Source of the DNA: Synechocystis sp. PCC 6803 substr. PCC-P
GTDB taxonomy: Bacteria > Cyanobacteriota > Cyanobacteriia > Cyanobacteriales > Microcystaceae
DNA: 32,000 nucleotides
NCBI RefSeq assembly: GCF_000284455.1
Contig: NC_017039.1
Span: 1,890,001-1,922,000, forward strand
Reading direction: 5' to 3'
The position numbers were made by a program, and so were the translations under genes. This document shows, in pieces, positions 17,832 through 27,842 of the stretch. Numbering within the stretch: the stretch's first letter is position 1; each line of letters begins with the position of its first letter. Under the pieces are notes generated by a model. The model was not told the DNA's origin. It was given only the letters and a program-made list of their open reading frames with translations, and did no database searches.

Positions 17832-18179
17832 ATGACAGCTCCCCTAACCCTCAACTTACTCCAAGGTTCTGTTCGTTTTCCCTTTAGTGCCGAAGCGGCG
17901 ATCACCCTCCAGGGGGAGATCAACCAATTGGTCAATCAATTAAAGGCCATTGGTGCTCAGGTTAACCAGGGAGGCCGACCGGAGAAGCAACAGAATTTGG
18001 AATATTGCCACAGTGGAGAAGTCTTTTTAGAAGTATTTTGCAACCCAAATATTTACCCCAGCCCCTTTGCGGCTAAGGTATTGCTCACACTACGGGATGA
18101 CCGGATTCGTTTGACCACGGAAGCGGAATTGCCCAGACTCATTGAAGATTTGGCTGAATATCTAGCCCAGCATGGTTAG
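17832..18179 (+). CDS. hypothetical protein, 115 aa
   Basis: Track ORF with host-like composition, ending 38 nt before the LD-carboxypeptidase gene on the same strand. I recognise no domain. Confidence 0.55.
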   Translation: MTAPLTLNLLQGSVRFPFSAEAAITLQGEINQLVNQLKAIGAQVNQGGRPEKQQNLEYCHSGEVFLEVFCNPNIYPSPFAAKVLLTLRDDRIRLTTEAELPRLIEDLAEYLAQHG

Positions 18180-18217
18180 ATCCAGCCCTGGTAAACCTTG
18201 TAAACAGTGCCCAACCA

Positions 18218-19123
18218 ATGTCTTCCCTGCCCAAAAATTTTCTTCAACCTCTCCCTCTCCAACCAGGCGATCGCCTCACTGTGGTGTCCCCCAGCGGTAG
18301 TCTGCGGGAATTGGCGGACTTGCAAAAAGGGGTGGATATTTGGCGATCGTGGGGCTACGAGGTAATTTTCAGCCAAGGTTACCACAATCGCTTCGGCTAC
18401 CTAGCGGGAACAGATCAACAACGTAGGCAAGATTTACTCCACGCTTGGTTAGACCCCCAGTGTAAAGGAATTTTATGTAGTCGGGGGGGCTACGGCTCCG
18501 CCCGGTTGCTGGAAGATTGGCAATGGCCGGCAATTAGCCAACCAAAATGGGTGTTGGGTTTTTCCGATGTCACAGGGATTTTATGGAGTTTGCTCAAATC
18601 AGGTATTATCAGCCTCCACGGCCCTGTGTTGACTACCCTCAGCGATGAGCCGGATTGGGCCCTGGAACGGTTGCGTGGGCATCTTCAGGGTCTTCCCCTT
18701 GCACCATTGACCGGGAACAGTTGGCAGAAAGGAATGGCCCGAGGGCGTTTAGTGGCAGGTAATTTAACCGTTGCTACCCATTTTTTAGGAACAGAATGGC
18801 AACCAGATTTTGAAAACGTAATTTTGGCGATCGAAGATGTGACCGAATCCCCCTATCGCATTGACCGCATGGTGACCCAATGGCGAGCCTCCGGCAATTT
18901 ATCCCAGGTAGCTGGCATTGCCCTGGGGCGGTTCAGTGAATGTGAAGCTCCCGCCGGATTCCCCAGTTGGACAGTGGAAGAAGTCCTTGGCGATCGCCTG
19001 GGGGATTTGGGCATACCAGTGGTGGCGGATTTACCGTTTGGTCATGGCGGCGTCAATGCCATTTTGCCCGTGGGTAGCAAAGCGGAATTGGATGGGGACG
19101 CTGGCACCCTCAGCTTTTTGTAA
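18218..19123 (+). CDS. LD-carboxypeptidase (peptidase S66, LdcA/MccF-like)
   Basis: 301-aa ORF. GFSDVTG is the nucleophile-Ser motif. AIEDVTESPYRIDRM and the C-terminal LPFGHG are typical of S66 muropeptide carboxypeptidases. Confidence 0.85.
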   Translation: MSSLPKNFLQPLPLQPGDRLTVVSPSGSLRELADLQKGVDIWRSWGYEVIFSQGYHNRFGYLAGTDQQRRQDLLHAWLDPQCKGILCSRGGYGSARLLEDWQWPAISQPKWVLGFSDVTGILWSLLKSGIISLHGPVLTTLSDEPDWALERLRGHLQGLPLAPLTGNSWQKGMARGRLVAGNLTVATHFLGTEWQPDFENVILAIEDVTESPYRIDRMVTQWRASGNLSQVAGIALGRFSECEAPAGFPSWTVEEVLGDRLGDLGIPVVADLPFGHGGVNAILPVGSKAELDGDAGTLSFL

Positions 19124-19399
19124 AGTTTTATCATCTTTTGCCTCCGGAGATATTCATTGTCATAGCTCCGGTATTAATGCTCCAGATTGGTCTGGGCAAT
19201 AGCTTTGTGGCGATTATGGCCGGGGGAAAAATTCATAAAACTTATTAAAATTATTTGTTAATGAGTTTATAGCTTAACTACAAAAAGTTAATAGCTTGCT
19301 GGCATAAATAATCAATTTTTCTTGAAAAATATTTAGAAAAAATCTTTATACAGCAAAGGTTATGGACTCCACTCTCTATCTTAAGACATAGACAATTTT

Positions 19400-19425
19400 A
19401 TTCTTAATAAACAATTAAGAATTGT
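19400..19425. promoter_or_regulatory. nested perfect palindromes in the AT-rich region upstream of the pentapeptide-repeat gene
   Basis: ATTCTTAAT-AAACA-ATTAAGAAT spans 19400-19422 and overlaps ACAATT-AAG-AATTGT at 19411-19425. It could be an operator or a hairpin; function is unknown. Confidence 0.25.
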
Positions 19426-19466
19426 GTCAGCCCGGCAAAAAAGTGTGTCCAAATAGTTTGTTTTAG

Positions 19467-19480
19467 GTAAAATCCATTAC
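19467..19480. promoter_or_regulatory. GTA-N8-TAC (NtcA-consensus-like) site
   Basis: GTAAAATCCATTAC is an exact match to GTAN8TAC. An A/T-rich hexamer, AAATAT, lies 22 nt downstream. About 8 chance matches are expected in 32 kb, so this is weak evidence alone. Confidence 0.2.
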
Positions 19481-19616
19481 AGACGGAAGGATTTTTCTGG
19501 GCAAATATCTATTCAACGTCACTGCTGTGCTTTCATTGATCAAAATTGCCGCCGCCCAAACCCAGTGGCCAAAGAGAGACAACAGTAAATATTCTCGACA
19601 TGGAGTTTCCTTGTCT

Positions 19617-20522
19617 ATGAACATCAATCCTCTCCTGCGGGCCTACGAACACGGTGTGCGCCGCTTTCCTCGGGAAAATTTACAAAATGCTGACCTATCG
19701 GGATTCACTCTGATTTCTGTCGATTTTGAGCGCACGAACCTGATTGGTAGTAATTTGCAGCGCACCTTTTTGACCAAAGCCCGCCTGGGGCACTGCCAAA
19801 TGAACTGGGCAGATTTGACCTATGCCAAACTCAACCAAGCAGATTTAAGCCATGCCGATCTGACCAAAGCCAGTCTCTACGGGGCTTTTGCAGTTAAAAC
19901 TAATTTCAAAGGAGCTAAGCTGAGCGGGGCAACCCTAGCCCATGCCAATCTCCGGGGAGCTAATCTGGAGCAGACTAATCTGACCGGAGCTAATCTGTTT
20001 GCTGCCAATTTACGGGAAGCCAATTTCCAGAAAGCCGATTTTTCCTGGGCTAATTTACAGGAAGCTTGCCTTAGTCTGGCTAATTTGCGCGATGCTAGGT
20101 TGTGGGCAACGGATTTGCGCCGGGCTTTTATGAAGGAAATGGATTTAAGTGCTCTCAGTCTCCACGGTTTAGCCATGGATGGGGCGAAATTAACCGGCAG
20201 TTGCCTGCGGGACACAAACCTTAGTCACTCCAGTTTGCGGGGCGCTAACCTCCGGGGGGCAGATTTAACCGGAGCAAATCTCACTGGAGTGGACCTGACC
20301 GGGGCTGATCTGATGGGGGCCAACCTAACCCAGGTAGTTTGGCACGATGCCGTGGTGGAAGGCGTTAATTGGGAAGAGGCGATCGCCGACCAGTCCATGT
20401 TTCGCGAAGGGATATTAGGACTGGGAAACCATCACAATCATCGCAGTCATAACGTCCACCAGGGGCGCCAGGGACTAAATATTAGTTGCTTTGGGGGCCT
20501 GCAGGCCGCCTATGTCATTTAG
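19617..20522 (+). CDS. pentapeptide-repeat protein (track ORF starts at GTG 19527; ATG 19617 preferred)
   Basis: Tandem A(D/N)LXX pentapeptides run through most of the protein, for example ANLRGANLEQTNLTGANLFAANLREANFQKADFSWANL. GGAG lies about 12 nt upstream of ATG 19617. The C-terminal tail is His-rich. Confidence 0.88.
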   Translation: MNINPLLRAYEHGVRRFPRENLQNADLSGFTLISVDFERTNLIGSNLQRTFLTKARLGHCQMNWADLTYAKLNQADLSHADLTKASLYGAFAVKTNFKGAKLSGATLAHANLRGANLEQTNLTGANLFAANLREANFQKADFSWANLQEACLSLANLRDARLWATDLRRAFMKEMDLSALSLHGLAMDGAKLTGSCLRDTNLSHSSLRGANLRGADLTGANLTGVDLTGADLMGANLTQVVWHDAVVEGVNWEEAIADQSMFREGILGLGNHHNHRSHNVHQGRQGLNISCFGGLQAAYVI

Positions 20523-20549
20523 CTGAAATGCACTGCAATAATTAAACAG

Positions 20550-20571
20550 TTGATTGATAATAGTCAATCAA
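20550..20571 (-). terminator. AT-rich hairpin, possible terminator for the minus-strand small gene
   Basis: A perfect 8-bp stem (TTGATTGA / TCAATCAA) encloses a 6-nt loop. On the minus strand it is followed by CTGTTTAATTATTG. The stem is weak, with only 2 GC pairs. Confidence 0.3.
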
Positions 20572-20597
20572 AAGTACCACCGGCGGAAGAATCACCC

Positions 20598-20813
20598 CTA
20601 AAAGATTAATGCTTCCAGGAGAGCGGCACAGCCGAAGGATGCCAGGGCAACTTTAATCAGACGCAGTCCCTGCTGATTCAACCAATCCCGTTGGCGACGG
20701 AAAAACATGTAGGCATTCATGGCCCCCATCAAAAAGAACAGCAGAGAGAGCCAGTTGGTTTCTTTGGTAGCTGTGTCTGCGGAGGACATCGCCCAGGTCT
20801 GTGAGGATTGCAT
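20598..20813 (-). CDS. small two-helix membrane protein, hypothetical (71 aa from ATG 20813; the track ORF starts at TTG 20846)
   Basis: Two hydrophobic segments are present: NWLSLLFFLMGAMNAYMFF and LIKVALASFGCAALLEALIF. It sits 77-110 nt downstream of the TRAP binding-protein gene on the same strand. Confidence 0.4.
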   Translation of the reverse strand: MQSSQTWAMSSADTATKETNWLSLLFFLMGAMNAYMFFRRQRDWLNQQGLRLIKVALASFGCAALLEALIF

Positions 20814-20923
20814 GTTTGATTTCTCTAGGTAAACCAACTTTGACAACTACACCTTAACAAAAGCCAAGGCAATTGTAAACCTTTGTTAAGTATTGTTGAC
20901 TGGGGTGAAATTTTCTGCATTTC

Positions 20924-21742
20924 TTAGAAGGGCAGGCCCCAGGCTTGCCATTGTTGCCGGAGCCAACCAGAAGCCCGCAATTGCAGTAGGGTTTGGTTAA
21001 CTTCCCGTTGGAGAGCCTGATGTTGCAATCCTTTGGCCATGGCGATCGCTAAGGGGTTAACTGTTAATTGCAAAGGTAAATGATAGTAATCGGATTGGGA
21101 TTGGGCCCAGCCGCTCAGCACGGAATTGTCCCCAGCAAAGGCCATGGCTTGGCCCTGTTCTAGAATTTGATAGGCTTGGTCGTAGGAATCTACCCCCACA
21201 AGGGTAGCTTGGGGAAATGCTTGTTTGATAACGGGAATGGTGCCGCTGTTATTAAGCACCGCAATGGTGTGAGCCTGGTTGCGGTCTATGTTTTTCAGGG
21301 AGCTGTTTTTGCTAATTAAACCAACTCCGTCCATATAGTAGGGCGGGGAAAAATCCACCAGGCGATCGCGAGCAGGATTTTGGCCCATTTGGGCAATGAT
21401 TAAATCCACGTCACCATTGAGTAATAGGGGAAGCCGGTCCTGATTCTGTACCGGAACCAACTCCACCGCCGTTTCATCCCCCAGCAAAGCCAAAGCTAAA
21501 CGACGGGCCAAAGCAATTTCTAAACCAGTTAATTCCCCCTGTCCATCCCGAAAACCCAAAGGTCGTAAGTTATCCTTCACTCCCACCCTTAATTTACCCC
21601 GTTGCCGAATGGCTTCTAGGCTGACTTCTCGGCTAGTCATAGCTATCCCGTTGGTTTCCAAGACCATGGTTTGGGCCGTCGCACTGACAGTTAAACCCGG
21701 AATTAAAAATAGTAAACAGCTAGCGACAATTAGGCTACGCAT
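20924..21742 (-). CDS. gtrC: periplasmic solute-binding protein, family 3 (polar amino acid type), last gene of the TRAP operon (track ORF extends to 21814)
   Basis: From ATG 21742 the protein starts with a signal peptide, MRSLIVASCLLFLIPGLTVSATAQ. It continues KLRVGVKDNLRPLGFRD..G.L.G.EIALAR and DLIIAQMGQNPARDRLVDFSPPYY (SBP_bac_3 pattern). The gene symbol comes from my memory of the Synechocystis Gtr system. Confidence 0.8.
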   Translation of the reverse strand: MRSLIVASCLLFLIPGLTVSATAQTMVLETNGIAMTSREVSLEAIRQRGKLRVGVKDNLRPLGFRDGQGELTGLEIALARRLALALLGDETAVELVPVQNQDRLPLLLNGDVDLIIAQMGQNPARDRLVDFSPPYYMDGVGLISKNSSLKNIDRNQAHTIAVLNNSGTIPVIKQAFPQATLVGVDSYDQAYQILEQGQAMAFAGDNSVLSGWAQSQSDYYHLPLQLTVNPLAIAMAKGLQHQALQREVNQTLLQLRASGWLRQQWQAWGLPF

Positions 21743-21803
21743 GGAAAGAGTAGTATAAGTAAAAAAGCAGAAAAATTTCCCCATAGGTAGAAAATTAATT
21801 ACT

Positions 21804-23141
21804 TTATTGAACACTTAAAGAAGGTAACCAATTAATCAGAGCAGGGAAAATAATAATTAACAACAACACTAAAACTTGCAAGCCAATGAAGGGCACAGCT
21901 CCCCGATAAATTTGTCCAGTGGTCAAGCTAGCTGGTGCCACTCCCCGTAAGTAAAAGAGGGCAAAACCAAAGGGCGGTGTGAGGAAGGAGGTTTGTAAAT
22001 TGGCTCCCACAATGACACCGTACCAAATTAAATCAAGGTTTAGTGCCTCTGCCACAGGCTTAAACAGAGGCAGAACAATAAAGGCAATTTCAAAAAAGTC
22101 AATGAAAAATCCCAGGATGAAAATGGTGATCATACTAATGGCTAAAAAGCCAATTTGGCCACCGGGTAAATTAGCCAAAAGATCAAACATAAATCGATCG
22201 CCTTCCAGCCCCCGGAACACTAAGCTAAACGCAGTTGACCCCAATAGGATTAGCATCACCATGCTGGTAATGCGTAGGGTGGCGTCACAGACTTCCCAGA
22301 GGGCTTTCCAGTTCAGACGTTGATTAAAATGGGCCAAGGCGATCGCCCCGATGGAACCCACGGCCCCTGCTTCGGTGGGACTAGCAATGCCGAAGAAAAT
22401 ACTCCCCAGCACCAACAGAATTAAAACTAACGGGGGCAACATCACCTGCACTATACGTCTGCGTAATTCCTGGCCGCCAATGTTCCTAACTTCGGCCGGT
22501 AAAGCCGGGGCTAAGTCCGGTTTTAACCAGGCAATTATCAAGACATAAAGGGCAAAACTGCCGGCCATCATTAGTCCTGGAAGGAGGGAGCCGATAAATA
22601 AGTCCCCCACGGAAACTCCCAATTGATCAGCTAAAACGATCAAAACTACGCTAGGAGGAATGATTTGTCCCAGGGTGCCAGAGGCGACAATGACACCGGA
22701 TGCTAACTCTTTGCTGTAGCCATAGCGCAACATAATGGGTAGGGAAATTAAACCCATGGCCACAACGGTGGCCGCCACAACTCCGGTGGTTGCCGCCAGC
22801 ATAGTACCCACTAGGATCACCGCCAGGGCTAGTCCTCCCCGCAAATGCCCCAGGATAATACCCATGGTTTCTAATAGTTGCTCAGCAATGCCAGACCGCT
22901 CCAGCATGGATCCCAAAAAGATGAAAAAGGGAATAGCCAGCAGAGTACCATTGGCCATAATGCCAAAAATCCTTTGGGGCATGGCGGACAAGAATATGGG
23001 GTCAAAGGAACCTAAAGCCGCGCCGATGATGGCAAATAAAATCGCCACTCCCCCCAGGGAAAAGGCAACGGGATAGCCACAGCCCAGGAAGACCAATGCC
23101 CCCACAAACATCATTGGCCCTAACCAATCGTAGTCCACCAT
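21804..23141 (-). CDS. gtrB: TRAP transporter large permease (DctM family)
   Basis: 445-aa polytopic ORF with a DctM-like N-terminus, MMFVGALVFLGCGYPVAFSLGG. Its start overlaps the stop of the DctQ-like gene (ATGA at 23141). Confidence 0.9.
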   Translation of the reverse strand: MVDYDWLGPMMFVGALVFLGCGYPVAFSLGGVAILFAIIGAALGSFDPIFLSAMPQRIFGIMANGTLLAIPFFIFLGSMLERSGIAEQLLETMGIILGHLRGGLALAVILVGTMLAATTGVVAATVVAMGLISLPIMLRYGYSKELASGVIVASGTLGQIIPPSVVLIVLADQLGVSVGDLFIGSLLPGLMMAGSFALYVLIIAWLKPDLAPALPAEVRNIGGQELRRRIVQVMLPPLVLILLVLGSIFFGIASPTEAGAVGSIGAIALAHFNQRLNWKALWEVCDATLRITSMVMLILLGSTAFSLVFRGLEGDRFMFDLLANLPGGQIGFLAISMITIFILGFFIDFFEIAFIVLPLFKPVAEALNLDLIWYGVIVGANLQTSFLTPPFGFALFYLRGVAPASLTTGQIYRGAVPFIGLQVLVLLLIIIFPALINWLPSLSVQ

Positions 23142-23680
23142 TAACCCCTAGCCTCCGTATCAACATGACCAAGGGCGATCGCCAGATTTTTAATTACTTC
23201 CGCAATGCCTTGGAAAATAAGTAGGACAAAACCGACAATAATCATGGTTTTAATGGGATAACGGGGTAATCCTCCCGGATCCGGCGAAGTTTCCCAAATG
23301 TGCCAGGAATTGATCACCGATTCCCAAGAATAAAAAATCACTAGCCCACAAAACGGGAATAAAAATAAACAGGTACCCAATAAATTCACCCAAGCCCGCT
23401 GGCGATCGCCAAGGGATTTGTAAAAAATATCCACCCGCACATGGTCATTGGTTTGCAGGGTGTAGGCAGCACCGAGAAGAAAAACTAGATCAAACAAATA
23501 CCATTGGGCTTCTAGCAAACCATTGGAGGCCAAGTTCTGGCCTACTAAGCGGCCGAGGTAGCGCCCCACCACATTCCAGCCGCCAGTTAGTACCATTGCC
23601 AATACTAACCATGCGGTAAATTTCCCAATCCAAGCGGTGAATTGATCGATAAGCTGGGCAATTTTGAGTAATTTGTCCAC
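23141..23680 (-). CDS. gtrA: TRAP transporter small permease (DctQ family)
   Basis: 179-aa ORF with four hydrophobic helices, located immediately upstream of the DctM gene and coupled to it. Confidence 0.85.
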   Translation of the reverse strand: MDKLLKIAQLIDQFTAWIGKFTAWLVLAMVLTGGWNVVGRYLGRLVGQNLASNGLLEAQWYLFDLVFLLGAAYTLQTNDHVRVDIFYKSLGDRQRAWVNLLGTCLFLFPFCGLVIFYSWESVINSWHIWETSPDPGGLPRYPIKTMIIVGFVLLIFQGIAEVIKNLAIALGHVDTEARG

Positions 23681-23780
23681 TAATTACTGGCCTCCCTCAG
23701 CCAAAGAACTTCCCATAAAAATAGAGCAAATTCTAGATGTTCAGACTACAACCTAGACCAGCAAGTTTCGCCATTAAACA

Positions 23781-23813
23781 AATAAAAAATCCTCACCATT
23801 TTACTAGCGAGGA
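23781..23813 (-). terminator. rho-independent terminator downstream of rpsJ
   Basis: The minus-strand RNA is UCCUCGCUA-GUAAAA-UGGUGAGGA, a 9-bp stem with two G-U pairs, followed by UUUUUUAUU. It lies 33 nt after the rpsJ stop. Confidence 0.55.
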
Positions 23814-23845
23814 CAATTTGACTCTAAAAATAAGAATGTCAAATT

Positions 23846-24163
23846 CTATAGCTTGACTTCGATATCAACCCCGGCAGGGAGATCCAACTTCATCAGAGCG
23901 TCAATGGTCTTGGAAGAAGGCTGATAAATGTCGATAATGCGGCGGTGGGTGCGGGTTTCAAAATGTTCCCGGGAATCCTTATCCACGTGGGGAGAGCGCA
24001 ACACACAATAAATTTTCCGTTTGGTGGGCAAAGGAATCGGCCCCACAGCGGCGGCATTAGTACGATTAGCGGTATCAACAATTTTGTCGCAGGATGTATC
24101 GAGGAGGCGACGGTCAAAGGCTTTGAGGCGGATACGGATTTTTTGTTGTTGCAATGTTGCCAT
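23846..24163 (-). CDS. rpsJ: 30S ribosomal protein S10
   Basis: 105-aa ORF reading [11 protein letters not shown]...LLD...IPLPT...[23 protein letters not shown]. Confidence 0.97.
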   Translation of the reverse strand: MATLQQQKIRIRLKAFDRRLLDTSCDKIVDTANRTNAAAVGPIPLPTKRKIYCVLRSPHVDKDSREHFETRTHRRIIDIYQPSSKTIDALMKLDLPAGVDIEVKL

Positions 24164-24301
24164 GGAAATTTAACTCAGAATTAGCGGACTGTTTAATTGT
24201 CAAGGTTCAGAAAGTTGAATAGTCAGTGGGGCTGGCCCAGTCAGAAAAAACTTACCGTAACCAACCCAACACCAACTACATCATGAATGTTGTTCTAAGG
24301 A

Positions 24302-25501
24302 CTACTTCAAAATCTTAGAAACAACACCGGCGCCGATGGTACGACCACCTTCGCGGATAGCAAAACGCATCCCCTGTTCAATGGCGATCGGGTTAATGAG
24401 CTCAACGGTCATTTTGATACGATCCCCAGGCATAACCATTTCCACAGCACTGCCGTCGTCAGCGGTGTAGCTTTTGATGGTACCGGTTACGTCAGTGGTC
24501 CGTACATAGAACTGAGGGCGGTAGTTGGCAAAGAAAGGAGTGTGGCGGCCACCTTCTTCTTTCTTGAGCACGTAAACTTCCCCTTCAAATTCGGTGTGGG
24601 GAGTGATGGAACCGGGTTTAGCCAAAACCATACCCCGTTCGATGTCCTCTTTTTGAATCCCCCGGAGGAGCAGACCCACGTTGTCCCCAGCCATTCCCTC
24701 TTCAAGGGTTTTTTGGAACATTTCCACACCGGTAACAGTGGCTTTACGGGTATCTTTAATGCCGACGATGGAAATTTCTTCGCCAACTTTAACTTTTCCG
24801 CGCTCAATCCGACCGGTGGCAACGGTACCACGACCAGTGATGGAGAATACGTCTTCCACCGCCATCAAGAAGGGCTTATCAACTTCCCGCTCAGGGGTGT
24901 CGATGTAGTCGTCAACGGCTTTCATGAGTTCAAGAATCGCATCTTTGTATTCTTTTTCTCCTTCGATCGCCTTGAGGGCAGAGCCAGCAACGATGGGAAT
25001 GTCATCACCGGGGAAATCGTAGTCGCTGAGCAATTCACGAACTTCCAGTTCCACCAATTCCAGCAGTTCTTCGTCGTCCACCATGTCTTTCTTATTCAAA
25101 AAGACCACCAGTTTGGGAACCCCTACTTGCTTAGCCAAAAGAATGTGTTCCCGGGTTTGGGGCATGGGGCCATCAGCGGCGGAAACCACCAGAATCGCAC
25201 CGTCCATCTGGGCAGCACCGGTGATCATGTTTTTCACATAGTCAGCGTGACCAGGACAGTCTACGTGGGCATAGTGACGGCTATCGGTTTCATACTCAAC
25301 GTGGGCAGTATTGATGGTAATGCCCCGGGCTTTTTCCTCAGGAGCCGCGTCAATATCTTCATATTTCCGGGCTTTGGCACCACCCAATTCCGCCAAGGTC
25401 ATGGTGATCGCCGCCGTTAGGGTGGTTTTACCGTGGTCAACGTGACCAATGGTGCCAATGTTTACGTGGTCTTTCGTCCGTTCAAATTTTGCGCGTGCCA
25501 T
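24302..25501 (-). CDS. tuf: translation elongation factor Tu
   Basis: 399-aa ORF with [41 protein letters not shown] and NKKD. Confidence 0.99.
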   Translation of the reverse strand: MARAKFERTKDHVNIGTIGHVDHGKTTLTAAITMTLAELGGAKARKYEDIDAAPEEKARGITINTAHVEYETDSRHYAHVDCPGHADYVKNMITGAAQMDGAILVVSAADGPMPQTREHILLAKQVGVPKLVVFLNKKDMVDDEELLELVELEVRELLSDYDFPGDDIPIVAGSALKAIEGEKEYKDAILELMKAVDDYIDTPEREVDKPFLMAVEDVFSITGRGTVATGRIERGKVKVGEEISIVGIKDTRKATVTGVEMFQKTLEEGMAGDNVGLLLRGIQKEDIERGMVLAKPGSITPHTEFEGEVYVLKKEEGGRHTPFFANYRPQFYVRTTDVTGTIKSYTADDGSAVEMVMPGDRIKMTVELINPIAIEQGMRFAIREGGRTIGAGVVSKILK

Positions 25502-25560
25502 GAATAAATAAGTCCTTTGATTGTTTCTACACAGATTGCAGTCCTAGGAGAACTGCCGGC

Positions 25561-27636
25561 TTAGGCATAGCCTCTGCTTTTGGCGACGATCGCCTCGGCA
25601 ACATTACGGGGTACTTCTGCATAATGGCTAAATTCCATCGAAAAAATACCCCGGCCTTGGGTTTTTGACCGGATATCGGTCGCATAGCCAAACATTTCCG
25701 CCAATGGAACACTAGCGGCCACTTTGGCTATGCCCTGCTCCGTTTCCTGGCCCTCAATATGGCCCCGACGGGCATTGAGGTCACCGATCACGTTGCCCAT
25801 GAAGTCATCAGGAACTTCAATTTCGACTTTCATGACCGGCTCTAGGAGCACAGGGTCAGCTTGGCCCACAGCCTCCCGGATTGCCATGGAACCAGCAATC
25901 TTGAAGGCCATTTCCGATGAGTCCACATCATGGAAAGACCCATCTACCAAGGTGGCTTTGAGGTCAATGACCGGGTAGCCCGCCAATACCCCCGAAGCAC
26001 AGGCTTCTTTCATCCCCTGTTCCGACGGGGCAATGTATTCCTTGGGAATAACGCCACCGACGATTTTAGAGACAAATTCAAAGCCCGTCCCTGGCTCGGT
26101 AGGCTCCACCTCAATGACCACATGGCCATATTGGCCCTTGCCCCCACTCTGGCGAATAAATTTACCTTCTGCCTGTACTGCCTTACGGATGGTTTCCCGA
26201 TAGGCTACTTGGGGAGCACCCACATTGGCCTCCACCTTAAATTCCCGTAGCATGCGGTCCACCAGAATTTCTAAATGCAATTCTCCCATGCCAGCAATTA
26301 CCGTTTGGTTGGTCTCGGGATCGACACTGACGCGAAAAGTGGGATCTTCCTCGGATAAAGATTGTAAAGCTTTGGAAAGCTTATCCATATCCTGTTTAGT
26401 TTTTGGTTCCACCGCTACGGAAATAACTGGCTGGGGGACAAACAAGGATTCTAAAATAATCGGCTCTTGGTCATCACAAAGGGTATCCCCAGTGAGGGTA
26501 TCCTTGAGCCCCAACACTGCGCCCAAATCTCCGGCATTTAACTGGTCCACCTCAATGCGGTCATCGGCTTTGAGGATGATTAATCGGGAAATGCGTTCCT
26601 TCTTCTCTTTGGTGGAATTCAATACATAACTGCCCTTTTCCAACACGCCGGAATAAACCCGCACGAAGGTGAGCCGGCCAAACGGGTCCGCCATTACTTT
26701 GAAGGCCAAAGCTGACAGGGGAGCTTTATCTTCCGCCGGTCTGGTGGCTACTTCGCCATCGGGTAGATGTCCCTCGATCGCCGGCACTTCTAGGGGGGAG
26801 GGGAGGTAATCCACCACCGCATCGAGTAAAAGTTGAACTCCCTTATTTTTAAATGCGGAGCCACAAAGCACTGGCACCATGGTCCCAGCAATGGTTCCCC
26901 GGCGCAGGCCGGCTACTAACTCATCGGCGGTTAACTCTTCCCCTTCCAAGTATTTCTCCATCAGAGCATCATCTGCTTCCGCCACCGATTCCACTAGGCG
27001 CAGGCGATATTCTTCCGTTTTATCCTTCACTGAATCGGGAATGGGAACTTCCTGGATATCTGTGCCCAGATCGTTTTTGTATAAATAGGCCTTCATGCGC
27101 ACCAAATCCACAATGCCTTCAAACTCCGCTTCACTACCGATGGGAATTTGAACGGGCACCGCATTGGCCCGTAGGCGATCGCCAATCTGTTGACAGACCC
27201 GGAAAAAATTAGCCCCGGTGCGGTCCATCTTATTGACGAAGGCAATGCGGGGCACTTGGTATCGTTCCGCTTGACGCCACACTGTTTCTGATTGGGGTTG
27301 CACTCCACCCACGGAACAAAATACAGCAATTACTCCGTCCAACACTCGCATGGAGCGCTCCACCTCAATGGTGAAATCCACGTGCCCCGGAGTGTCAATG
27401 ATGTTGATATGATGCCCCAACCAATCGGTACTAATAGCGGCGGCGGTGATGGTGATGCCCCTTTCCCTTTCCTGGGCCATCCAGTCCGTTACTGCCGTAC
27501 CTTCATGAACCTCACCGATTTTATGAACCACGCCAGAGTAGAACAGAATCCGTTCCGTCGTGGTGGTCTTACCCGCATCAATGTGGGCGGCGATACCAAT
27601 GTTACGTATTCGTTCTAGGGGCACTGTGCGAGCCAT
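25561..27636 (-). CDS. fusA: translation elongation factor G
   Basis: 691-aa ORF with [32 protein letters not shown] and NKMDR. Confidence 0.99.
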
Positions 27637-27842
27637 AAAGTTTACTCCTAACCGGGGGTTCGACCAAAAACAAGCTCTCTCTTTCCCAAGGGAAAACGGG
27701 AGGCCATTAACAATTCTATACGTTTTCCCCGACCTTTCTAGATCTGCAACTAAATCTAGGGGGAATTTTCCTGAAAACTAACCCAGGGAGGCGTGGGGGC
27801 AACTCAACCCCAAACCTGTATCAATGTTGCCTTGCCTATTGC

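Noticed and set aside
19877-20215. 112-aa minus-strand ORF with repeated LA.RKLA motifs
   Set aside because: It is the mirror image of the pentapeptide-repeat coding periodicity on the plus strand. The repeat structure keeps the antisense frame open.
24542-25420. 292-aa plus-strand ORF, plus shorter ORFs at 24487-24831 and 24681-24908
   Set aside because: They lie entirely within or antisense to the highly conserved EF-Tu gene. The translations are low-complexity (F/G/N/H rich) and resemble no protein I know. This is the usual long shadow ORF opposite a gene with strong codon bias.
27650-27672. GGGGTTCGACC, reminiscent of a tRNA T-arm
   Set aside because: I could not build flanking complementary T-stem, acceptor or anticodon arms. 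It lies in the fusA 5' leader.
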